A stretch of DNA of 62,518 bases, filler included, from Globobulimina sp. (lineage: Eukaryota), in the NCBI GenBank assembly GCA_003354225.1. It is 22 parts of 22 records of this genome, joined end to end, with 100 filler letters (N's around TTAATTAATTAA, not from the genome) between each part and the next. Parts side by side here need not be neighbours in the genome. Positions count along the whole stretch, not along the records: positions 11,390 to 14,136 come from PIVH01005087.1; positions 14,237 to 16,983 come from PIVH01005088.1; positions 17,084 to 19,830 come from PIVH01005089.1; positions 19,931 to 22,677 come from PIVH01005090.1; positions 22,778 to 25,524 come from PIVH01005091.1; 17 more parts are not named here. One strand, written 5' to 3'. Numbering within the stretch: the stretch's first letter is position 1; every line of letters starts with the position of its first letter. The notes beneath the pieces are model-generated. The model ran no database searches. It worked only from the letters and a program-made list of their open reading frames with translations, and was not told the DNA's origin. Shown one piece after another: positions 12,550-23,034 of the stretch. The position numbers were made by a program, and so were the translations under genes.

Positions 12550-12698
12550 TATTTTTGATTCAACTTTTTAAACTCCTAAAAAACAGCTCGCTGAAAAACT
12601 AACACTTCATAACTCGAAAATCTGAAGAACAGCTGTCAACATTATTCACCAAGTACTGCAACGTTGCCTCTGTTTGACGTCCTCTCATCGTAACTGCT

Positions 12699-13984
12699 AT
12701 GGCTGCATTACTTTCTCGCTATTGTCGTACGGCTAAACGGCTCGTACCTCACAAACATTATTTAAACACATTCGGCGTCCAATAACGCATGACGCCATCT
12801 GTGACATCTCAGACACCGACATCGCATCTCGTGAGTGGTACATCATTGACAGCACAATCCGCGAAGGCTTACAATTTTGCAACGCATTTTTCGACAGCAC
12901 AGAAAAAAGGGAGATCGCGTCTCGAATCAGCGACTTTGGCATCGAGTACATCGAGTTGTTGAATCCGTGCGTATCGCAGCAGTCCTTTGACGACATCCGA
13001 GCCATCGTCGACATGAAACTGAACAGCAAGATATTGACGCACGTCCGCTGTAACCTGGACGACGTGGCGCGCGCCCTCGAGACCGGCGTGGATGGCATCG
13101 ACATTGTGATCGGCACCTCCTCCTATTTGCGGCAGTTCAGCCACGGCAAATCCATCGCGGAGATCAAGAAGATGGCCAAAGAGGTGATCCAATTCATACA
13201 GAGCCGCGACGAGAACATGGAGATTCGTTTCAGCACAGAAGACTCATTCCGCTCTTCGGCCGAGGACTTGATGGATATTTATTCCTTTGTGTCGGAGTTA
13301 GATATCAGTCGCGTCGGCATCGCCGATACAGTGGGGATCGCCACGCCGGACAACGTGTTCTCGCTGACCAGCGCGGTGCGGGCCGCCATCAACAAATCGA
13401 AGTGCGAGGTCGAGATCCATTTGCATAACGACACCGGCTGCGCCATAGGCAACGCATACATGGCCATCAAAGCGGGCGCAAAGTATGTGGACTGTTGCGT
13501 GCTGGGCATCGGCGAAAGAAATGGCATTGTTCCGCTGGGCGGCTTCTTGTCGCGAATGTATGCCATCAATAAGCAATATGTGAGCGGCAAATATAAGTTG
13601 AAGGAGCTCAAGAATTTGGAGAATTATATCTGTAATCATTGCGACATTCAGATCCCGTTTAATAATTATATCACCGGCTATGCTGCCTTCACGCACAAAG
13701 CGGGCATCCACGCCAAGGCGGTGCTGAACAATCCGGAGTGTTACGAGTGTCTGGACCCCACCGACTTTGGCCTCAAGAGATACATCCACATTGCTCACGA
13801 GCTGACGGGTTGGAACGCCATAAAAGACCGCTGCGATCAGCTCAACTTGGAATTGCAGGACGCGGACATCAAGGAATTGACAGAGTACATCAAACAGTTT
13901 GCGTCGCTCAAAAAATGCAACTTGTCGGATGTCGACAATATTTTAATTAATCACAAGCAATATTTGCAAGCGAAAATCAAATGA
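12699..13984 (+). CDS. LYS20: Homocitrate synthase, fungal Lys20/Lys4 type; frameshift in the N-terminal leader
   Basis: IIDSTIREGLQFCNAFF (upstream of the tracked ORF start), KILTHVRC, EDSFRS, RVGIADTVG, HLHNDTG, LGIGERNG, AFTHKAGIHAKAVL, LTGWNAIK. The ATG at 12699 (MAALLSRYCRTAK) is out of frame with the catalytic ORF; the shift lies between about 12735 and 12783. Confidence 0.92.
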
Positions 13985-14236
13985 AATAAAATAAAATAAA
14001 ATAAAATGATTTGATTTGATCTGATTTTACTTTATTTTCATTATTTTGTTATTATATTATTATTATTACTATCTACAAATATGTCATATACAAAACAAGC
14101 AAACAAACCCAAAACTGCATTTTTTAGGCACCGAAANNNNNNNNNNNNNNNNNNNNNNNNNNNNNNNNNNNNNNNNNNNNTTAATTAATTAANNNNNNNN
14201 NNNNNNNNNNNNNNNNNNNNNNNNNNNNNNNNNNNN

Positions 14237-15510
14237 AAACTGCTTCTGATTTAGATTCCAAATATAGAGAGAAATGGATTGCATTTTTTTTAGGTTTTAC
14301 ATTAATTTTAGTGATTTTGCCACTGATTGGCATGGTTTGTCGATGGAAATATTGTTTCAAAATCAATTGGTGTTGTTCCATGTGGCTAGGTACATTGATT
14401 ATGTTTGTCACAAGTTTTTCAACGTTAATTATTGTGATTTGGGGTGATTTCTGTGTTCGGTTAGATCACTTTGATGAATATGAGAAAGACTCACAATTAG
14501 CACAACAGTTAGATATAAATGAGGAGCAAATGCTTTTAGTCAATGCCTGTATGACTGGACAATCAATCATTGAGTTATATGATTTAGGCACATTTAATTG
14601 GGACGAGTTGCGAACGCAAACTAAGATTCAGTTAACTGGGAAAACGCAAGAAACACTTTATTTCCTTCAATTAGCCAGATTTCGAACAGAATTACAAGCA
14701 TTAGATACGACTGAATTTACTCTATTTGTGGATGCATTTATTGATGAAGCAAATAAATTAGGTCCAATAGGTTGTGGCTGTGGTGATGACAATATATTAT
14801 TCACAAGAAATAACTTATTATATCCCATCAATAATTGTACACTGAATAGAAAGTATGAGTGGAGTCAAGAATGTATGGAGAGATATATCAATGCATCGTA
14901 TGCAGTTCAAGCTGAGTATGAATTATTAAATAAAACTGAAATATCGATAAATAAATTAAAACAAGATGCAAATCAAATATTTGAAATATATGATACAGAA
15001 ATATATCCGTTAGGATTGCAATTAGTGAATGATTTGCGGAACGTGTCGTGTCTGGTTGACCCATTATTTGATGCCATTGACGAAGTTGTTTATAATTTTA
15101 GTAATTGTGGGTTTATCGGGCAGTTTTATGGCGAAATTAAAGAGAATGGCTGTGTTGTATTATTCAATCAAACCTATTACATTGCGAGAGCTTTGTCTTT
15201 GATTGCATTCATGAGTATAATTATTGTATTCTTTTCGTTTTGTATGGATTATATTTATGGACCACCTGCTACGCACACAGAGAAACAAAAAAAATATGAT
15301 GAAATTACTATGGAGAATGAGGATAATAATGATTATGGAAATGCTGGTGCTGCCACTATTGAATTGATAGGTGATGGAGGAGGCGGTGGTAATAATAATG
15401 GAATTCAAGTTGTTGATACTGATGATGATGACCAACAAGAACAAGAACAAGAAAATACAAAAGAAAACACGGATATCGGCACAGGAGAGAGGCAGAACCA
15501 AAACAAGTAA
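14237..15510 (+). CDS. Tweety/prominin-like multi-pass membrane protein, 5'-partial
   Basis: TM pair, then a DFCV motif, a large Cys-containing extracellular loop (CGFIGQFY...C), a last TM segment and an acidic tail. Confidence 0.5.
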
Positions 15511-15735
15511 CAGCTATAATTAATCTCATAAGTTTTCATATGCTTTCAGCTGTATTAGCAACACAAACAATGAGAAACAACTTAGCTTAAATAATTTTTT
15601 TGTCCAATGAATAAATATGACAATTTAAAGGATCGATCAACTGCAAAAGTCGAACTCCGATTCACCGGAATTCAGATAAAGTTTTGGTTGCAGTGAAAGG
15701 TTTTTTCATCGACTTCTAACTTAGAAAAGAAGGCA

Positions 15736-16602
15736 ATGGATGACGCTTTAACAAATATTCCTGCAGCATCTGTGCAATTGATACATACGTGTCACAAGAT
15801 TTTCTTCATCTATTTTGAAATAGATACACTATCAACCTTATTTTTACTATATCCTTATTTACATGAATGTATTCGAAACTTTGTAATTAAAAATATTAAA
15901 ACAATTTATTTTGATGGCTTATTAAGAAAAGGTTGTGAAAATTGGAAATTTGGTTGTTATGATTGGAGCTCGTTGTCAACGGAAATGATACAGAAACAGT
16001 ATTTAATTGGCGATAAATATGATATGTATTACAAAAGATGGAAAAATAAGTTTAACAATAAAATAAAACATGATGATGCTGCACCATCTAAGAATAACAA
16101 TAGATATCGCTGCCAAGGTTATGAGTTACGTCTATATAAAGCTAATGATGCTAATGAATTATATGAGTTACTCGAGAATAGCATTGGTCGCAAGGAAGAT
16201 AATATATTTTATCCATTTATTGAGAGAATAAATGTTTTATTACAAGAAAAAGTATATTTACATTTATTTGATCCAAATAATATTGAAATATTTTTAACTT
16301 TGTACTATGATTATGCAAATATCCGTGGATTGAAAATATCCAATCACTTATTAAATACATGTAATTTATGGGTTGTAAGGAAAAGTGACTTACATTTTGT
16401 GTTGTATGGCCGCTGTGATATTTCAAATCGTGGAACCAACCGCAGAGTAAACAGTTGTTACCATGATAACTTTGATTTTGTTGGTGGACGAAATCTTGCT
16501 AAAAATTACCCATTGTATAATTCAAACAGTTATTTTCAACAATTACAATATGAGCCAAATAATGATAATGCAGAGCATATTAGCAATGACAATGATGTCT
16601 GA
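15736..16602 (+). CDS. Hypothetical protein (288 aa)
   Basis: Complete ATG-to-stop ORF; no family recognised. Confidence 0.6.
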   Translation: MDDALTNIPAASVQLIHTCHKIFFIYFEIDTLSTLFLLYPYLHECIRNFVIKNIKTIYFDGLLRKGCENWKFGCYDWSSLSTEMIQKQYLIGDKYDMYYKRWKNKFNNKIKHDDAAPSKNNNRYRCQGYELRLYKANDANELYELLENSIGRKEDNIFYPFIERINVLLQEKVYLHLFDPNNIEIFLTLYYDYANIRGLKISNHLLNTCNLWVVRKSDLHFVLYGRCDISNRGTNRRVNSCYHDNFDFVGGRNLAKNYPLYNSNSYFQQLQYEPNNDNAEHISNDNDV

Positions 16603-16815
16603 TTACCATCGAATATAAAAATAAATAAATTCTAAAATTTCTTTTTCTCATTGTTGTTGTTATCATTATCTTAAATCAATAACGATCACATATATGGTTA
16701 GAGATCGTTTCTGTGCAATTTGTTAAAAAAAAAAACGCTTTTACGATCCTATTAGTATACAAAAACTTGACAATAGTTTGATACATGGTTTGTGAAAAAA
16801 ATTAAAACAACACGC

Positions 16816-16983
16816 ATGGTTTGTGACTCAGATATCAAAATAACAGTCATATCCACTGTTATTTGTGGCATATTGTTGATAATAACAATGATTATTATTG
16901 CTAGTTTCTTCATGTCATATGCATCCATCATTGATTCCAATTGGAAGACAACAGCTAAACCAGTAAAATATGCTGTAATGATA
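16816..16983 (+). CDS. Membrane protein N-terminus, 3'-partial
   Basis: MVCDSDIKITVISTVICGILLII... hydrophobic segment running into the linker. Confidence 0.4.
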
Positions 16984-17385
16984 NNNNNNNNNNNNNNNNN
17001 NNNNNNNNNNNNNNNNNNNNNNNNNNNTTAATTAATTAANNNNNNNNNNNNNNNNNNNNNNNNNNNNNNNNNNNNNNNNNNNNATTCCTTCTCTAACTCT
17101 TGATTTGTGAATGGAATATCTTTTAACAATTCATCTTCATCATTATTATAATTAACATTTAACGCATCATCCAATTCATTCAATTTTCGTTTTCTGTTTT
17201 GAATATTTTATAATTTTTGTTTTGTGATTATAATTTTGTATAAGCAAACACGTACTTTTGTTTTGGTTCATTGGTTTCAACATCAGATTCATCAGAACCA
17301 TAAATCCATGGTGCCACTGTGTCAACTTCTTTTCTCTTCATACTTTTCTTAAAAACTTTAACTCAAAAAGTGAGAAAAACTTGGC

Positions 17386-18324
17386 ATGGATAAGTTTCCA
17401 ATATCCACACAACAAGATTTAGTGTTGACAGAAAGTGTCGATTGGTCAAATAATGCAAAACAAATAATTGAAAACGATGAAAAAGATTTTGAAACAAACG
17501 ATTTGTTAATCAATAAGTCATTGAACGAATCATTGTTTTGTGGTATGAATATTAATGCGAATAAGAATGATAATATTAATGATAAAAATCATTTGGCCAT
17601 GTCGTGGGGGAATTATTTTGCAAAAAAATCACCGCCAATGGGTGATTTATGTGGGAGTCATGGCCCAGGAATTGAAGCTCGGCCACAATTTGATCGCAAT
17701 AATGATAATTATAACAAACCGACGCTGTCGGAAAAAGCAGAAACAAATAAGGACAATGAAGCGGAAATAAAAGAGGAAGAAATTATTAATAATAATGCGC
17801 ATTTATTGGAGGAAGAGCTGGAGAATGAAGATATGGTAATAATTAATGAAGGTTTATTGGATAAATCGTCGGAAAATATAAATTTTAATGAATTTAATGC
17901 TCATTATTTATCCAACCGGGACTCAAACGATACACTAAAAAGCAGTCAAAGTACAGATTCGCAAAAATTAAATAAATTGATACAAATTCCAAAACTTAAA
18001 TATATTCAAAGGTTTTATCAATTTGCAATAAAAAAAAATGAATTTCAATCAAATAATGATCAAAACATTGAACAACAAATTGAATTAATTATATTGCAAT
18101 ATCTTAAATCATATACAAACGATACCGAAAGAAAAGCTTATTTATCAGCTATTACATATAAAGCGGACAACAGTACATGTACAGTGTTAATATTATTTGA
18201 GAATGAAACTGCTCAAAGCAACGTCAACAATGATGAATGGATAAATAATTTTTTGTCGTTTCCAGCTATTTCCAAAATAATGGACGAGTCAAAACAACCT
18301 TTTTTTACTCAAATAAGTGCATGA
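17386..18324 (+). CDS. Hypothetical N/E-rich protein (312 aa)
   Basis: Complete ORF in AT-rich DNA; no family recognised. Confidence 0.6.
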   Translation: MDKFPISTQQDLVLTESVDWSNNAKQIIENDEKDFETNDLLINKSLNESLFCGMNINANKNDNINDKNHLAMSWGNYFAKKSPPMGDLCGSHGPGIEARPQFDRNNDNYNKPTLSEKAETNKDNEAEIKEEEIINNNAHLLEEELENEDMVIINEGLLDKSSENINFNEFNAHYLSNRDSNDTLKSSQSTDSQKLNKLIQIPKLKYIQRFYQFAIKKNEFQSNNDQNIEQQIELIILQYLKSYTNDTERKAYLSAITYKADNSTCTVLILFENETAQSNVNNDEWINNFLSFPAISKIMDESKQPFFTQISA

Positions 18325-18668
18325 CATTATTTATACATTTATATTTAAGAAATATTGAGCGAAAATTAGTCAATTACAAATTGTGCCAATTGAGGGTTAT
18401 AGTTTGTATACTACGCATATGCAAGATACCTCAATTCAGAGTGTGTTGTTAATGCATTTCATAATCGATCGCGATGAGTTATAGTGATTTGTTTGATTAT
18501 GAGATGGATTTCCTACTCAATTATTGAACATTCACTACTCATAATTGTGGAATAGATATCATTTAAACGAATACTTTATCTCTTGTTGCTTTTCTATAAT
18601 AGTCTGAGCTAAGCATAAATCAATCGACCAACGCATTACTTTCTGGTCATTTGTGATTATATTTAAAC

Positions 18669-19235
18669 ATGTTTAGAATTCCTGGAATTGTGTCTTTAAT
18701 ACAAAAACGGAAAGAAGTATTATCAGAAGAAGATGTTGTTACAATTGGCTGTCAAATATGGAAAAATAAAGATAATCCGGCATTATTAAAATGTGTTTGC
18801 ACTCAACAAGATCCACAATATATTTTTGATCCATATGATCCTGATTTACCTTTACATCTTAAACGAAGATATAAGAAAAGCACAGAGATTCAACATGATG
18901 ATTATTTGAATAATGAAAACTCGGATCTTGTTGATTTAGAAAGTGGTGTTTCTGCAAACATACCAATGCAACCAAAACATTTTCACGCAGAAATTGATGA
19001 ACATTCTTTCTGGGCTGATTTAGCAAACACTGTATTTGGAACAGGTAAAGTTGAAATGGACAATAAACAAAATTATAATCAACGAAGAATGCCAGAAATT
19101 AAAGTGCAATATAACCGAAATAGACACATTGAAAGCAATCATCATCAGCATCCTCAGCATCACCATCAGCATCACCATCATCCACAAACATTTAATCGGT
19201 ACAGTGCTCAATTAAATTCTATCAATATTATATGA
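18669..19235 (+). CDS. Hypothetical protein or terminal exon with a His/Gln-rich tail
   Basis: 188-aa ORF ending ...HHQHPQHHHQHHHHPQ. Confidence 0.5.
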   Translation: MFRIPGIVSLIQKRKEVLSEEDVVTIGCQIWKNKDNPALLKCVCTQQDPQYIFDPYDPDLPLHLKRRYKKSTEIQHDDYLNNENSDLVDLESGVSANIPMQPKHFHAEIDEHSFWADLANTVFGTGKVEMDNKQNYNQRRMPEIKVQYNRNRHIESNHHQHPQHHHQHHHHPQTFNRYSAQLNSINII

Positions 19236-19930
19236 TGCATATTGCTCTTGTCTTTTGTTATTTAATCTTTGTATGATAGTGGCAGTTGTAATTGTAGTAT
19301 ATGGCAGTTGTAATTTTATTTGCTCGATCGCTTCCATGTGAAGTTGTTGATATTTGAAGTGACTCATTTATCCATATGTCTCCATTACTTCCATAACAGA
19401 GTAGAGTGGAGTAGAAAGTAAATGAAAAGTTTTTTGAAATGTTTGAAGTGACAAGTCCGTCAACTCGTTATATACAAAATTAGTCGCAATGGAGATGTTA
19501 ATCTTGAATGTCAACCCCAAATATATTTGTGTAATGTTCAACTAATGCAAATATTGTACCCATTATGATATCATATACAAAAAAAACAGTAAATGGAATA
19601 ACAATTCGCATCAACCATTCCCACCGATAAAGCTTCCAATAATTATTATAATCTTTTGGTTCAAATGGATTTACTTTCTCTTCCAATAAGTTTGACATAT
19701 TATTTTTAGTGTTTTGTATTGAGATTTTGCGTTCTAACGTATATTTAATGCGTTGCTTAATCTTCCATTGACACATTGCACGCCAGATATATGACACACA
19801 CATTAAAGTGATTATAAATCCTGGGCTTATNNNNNNNNNNNNNNNNNNNNNNNNNNNNNNNNNNNNNNNNNNNNTTAATTAATTAANNNNNNNNNNNNNN
19901 NNNNNNNNNNNNNNNNNNNNNNNNNNNNNN

Positions 19931-22677
19931 TTTGTGACTAAAATCTGATCCAAATCCAAATAAACCAAGTGTACATTTCGTCACATATCGATCATTTTGA
20001 TCTTCTTCTTCTTCTGCTTCCTCATCAATGTCTGCTTTCTCATCATTTTCATACTTTGTTAATTGCTTCATTTCCGTTAATTCAATATATTGCTGCATTT
20101 TAGTCTCATTTATTTGTTGTTTGTCAGTGTATGCTGATTCATTCCCATCTCCATAAATATAGCATTCCTCTTCTTTAACATCCACACATTGTACCTTAGC
20201 TTCGTTTCTTTGCTGTTTGGTATGATAAATATTACAATGTATCGAATCGAAGATTGCTTTGTAATATCCATCAGAATGTTGTTGTTTTTTCAAATGTTCA
20301 TTATACTCCGCAATCTGTGCAGGTACTGCAGCAAAGGTGTCATTCTTTTTGTTTTTTTTGTTTCTAGACAGTATGTTACATTTTGATTTTATGCAATGAT
20401 CAATATTGCGAGTAAAATATGAATATGATTGGTAATTATTGCAATCAATGTGAGTTTCAAACACATGCCTCCAATTTGTAACAATTTCAGAGTATGATGT
20501 GTTATATAATTTGTTTTGTTGTAATACGACGTATTTATCACATTCGATTAAAAGTTGAAGATACAATGATTTGGTTGATCCAATCGATATATTTGGATTC
20601 ATATCAAATACCATTGATATTAGTCGTTCCTCTGATAGATGGCATATATCATTTACATTGAACTTTGTATTTTTACTAAATATGTCAGATAATAATTGTC
20701 TGTCTCGTTTGTTATAATCATTTGTATTTTTAATTGCGTTTGGAATAATTAGTGAAATAATGTCTTTCTCAGTTAATTTTAATAACATATCACCATAATT
20801 TATATAATTGCTTTGAGAATAAGCGGTGACAAAATGTAGTATCTCTTGTGCTGCTTTACATTGACTGATATCATTCGCATTGCCACATAAAATATCTTTT
20901 GCATTCTTATTAATATTATCATTACGCACTGCTTTATTCCTTAATGTATTGACAATTGATTTTTCTTTATTTATTCCACAAACTAAACATTGTCGCATCA
21001 ATTTCCCCGAAGGTTTTAAAAACTTATTAAACACTTTACAAATCTTATTGGTATAATTGCAATTATTACATGGCCATTCGCGTAAAAATAATCTGCTGAA
21101 AACCATTGCCCATATTTCATACAATCTGGATATCACATTGTAATTTAATATTTTATCTTTATTGAAATTACCCACTCTCTCAACCACTAAATAATAAAAT
21201 AAATTGGCAATCTTTTCAGTTTCCATATCAATCAAATGATTATGTACCAATTTAAGAGCCAATGTCGAATAATTTATGCTAAATTTTTCATTTAAAGTCA
21301 TTAAATTATATAAGTCCGTGGTGTCCATATTATATTTTAAATGCCTTTCTATTGCATTTGCTAAACATTTCACAATCTCTTCATTTTGTGGCACATGATA
21401 TTTTTTAATATTATTATAAATTTGAATGGCATCTTCCTCGTTTATTGCAGATGTTTCTTGCAATGTTTTTATAAATTTATCGTTATTCAAATTCTCAATA
21501 ATCCATAAACCATCAATCGAGTTTTTCTCCTCATCAACAAAGTTATGTTCTGCACTCTCAACGGGGACATTACAAATAAATGCAGCCAACAGATGAGAGT
21601 CCATATCAAATAATTGTGACTTTGGTAATATTAATATTTTATTACATACATGTTCCAACATTTTATTTTCTACACATTCACCAATAACATTATTTAAATA
21701 TATCTTAATATCTAACTGTTTTTTGCTTTCTTCCAATAACATTCCATCGATATTCTTCTCTTTGATAATTTGCATAATTTCCAAACAATGTGCAATATAT
21801 TTTGCATCGCTCAGCATCCAGCCACATATAATATTTTTAATCTGTCCATCTGACATATCACGTAATGCCGTTAATGTGTTCATAAAATTCCTTTTATAAT
21901 CACTTGCTTTCTGTTTCATGATTTGTTCAAATTTATCAATTTGTTGCTGATGAATGTCCTTCATTTTATATTGCCCGTTAATGTCAATGGTCGGGATTTT
22001 AATTGATTCCATATTATTACAATTATAAAATGTAGCAATACGTTTAGCAAATTTCACACTGTTTAAATGTTCATGAATATAAATCTCCATTTTTGTGGCA
22101 GTATCATCATCTTCCAATGAATTATTAATTGAGTCAACTGATATATTTACAATAATTTTATTCTGTTCAATGGCAACACCAACCACTCCAACTAAATATT
22201 GTTCTGTGTTTATAAATCGATTAATTTCTTCATCCAAAACTCGTTCAATGTTTTGCTGTTGATACATTTGGAGCGGATCAATTTGATTATCATCAAAATT
22301 AAAGCTAATTGTCATCATTTTATATTTTGCAGCCACACCATGCACATAAATATTTGGTAATAAATGTTTAGAATAACAAAATGCTGCCATTTGTTTGACA
22401 AACATTTTATCCTTTAATTGTTCATTAAAATAAAATTCCATTCTTCTCAATGACATTTTTCTCTGATCCTCCACTGATTTGTCATCATTCCATTCCACAC
22501 AGATATCTGCATTCAAATTATTTGTTTTCGTATTGATATCCAATACTTCAACGTTATATTTTTCTGCATCAACCACCAAATTAATTAATTCACTCAATTT
22601 TTGCTCATAATTTGTATTTTTTGATTTTTGAAAGATCTCAATTTGATGTTCTTCATCGAAAACAGCTTGCATAGTCA
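19931..22677 (-). CDS. Large hypothetical protein, partial at both ends, with an internal duplication and a RanBP2-like Zn ribbon
   Basis: Open across the whole contig. Contains WPCNNCNYTN...CLVCG and the motif CIKSKCNILSRN...FDSIHCNIYH. Duplicated blocks: MEFYFNEQLKDKMFVKQMAAF and MEIYIHEHLNSVKFAKRIATF. Confidence 0.75.
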
Positions 22678-23034
22678 NNNNNNNNNNNNNNNNNNNNNNN
22701 NNNNNNNNNNNNNNNNNNNNNTTAATTAATTAANNNNNNNNNNNNNNNNNNNNNNNNNNNNNNNNNNNNNNNNNNNNCCTCCATCATTGTGATGTGTATT
22801 GGTTACATGTGAATTCACCAAATATTGGAAATGGTCAGCATGGATGTTAGGTCCTGTTGGACGTTCTTGTGGTCGATTCCATTGATTCATTGCGATTTAT
22901 TGATTAATTTTAAATTTTAATGTAATTACACTAATGAGAATAAAGGACGGGATGATGGAAACAAAGGATACACAGAGTTTTTTTCTAAAACGTAATTTAA
23001 ATAACATTTCCTTTACATCTTCGGACTACAAAAA

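Noticed and set aside
12733-13950. Antisense and alternative-frame ORFs over homocitrate synthase (likewise over 48508-50271 and 43179-45194)
   Set aside because: Expected shadows of real coding sequence; no motifs.
13981-14041. Fold-back right after the homocitrate synthase stop as a terminator or polyadenylation hairpin
   Set aside because: Low-complexity AAAAT/ATTTT runs with imperfect pairing; likely chance in AT-rich DNA.
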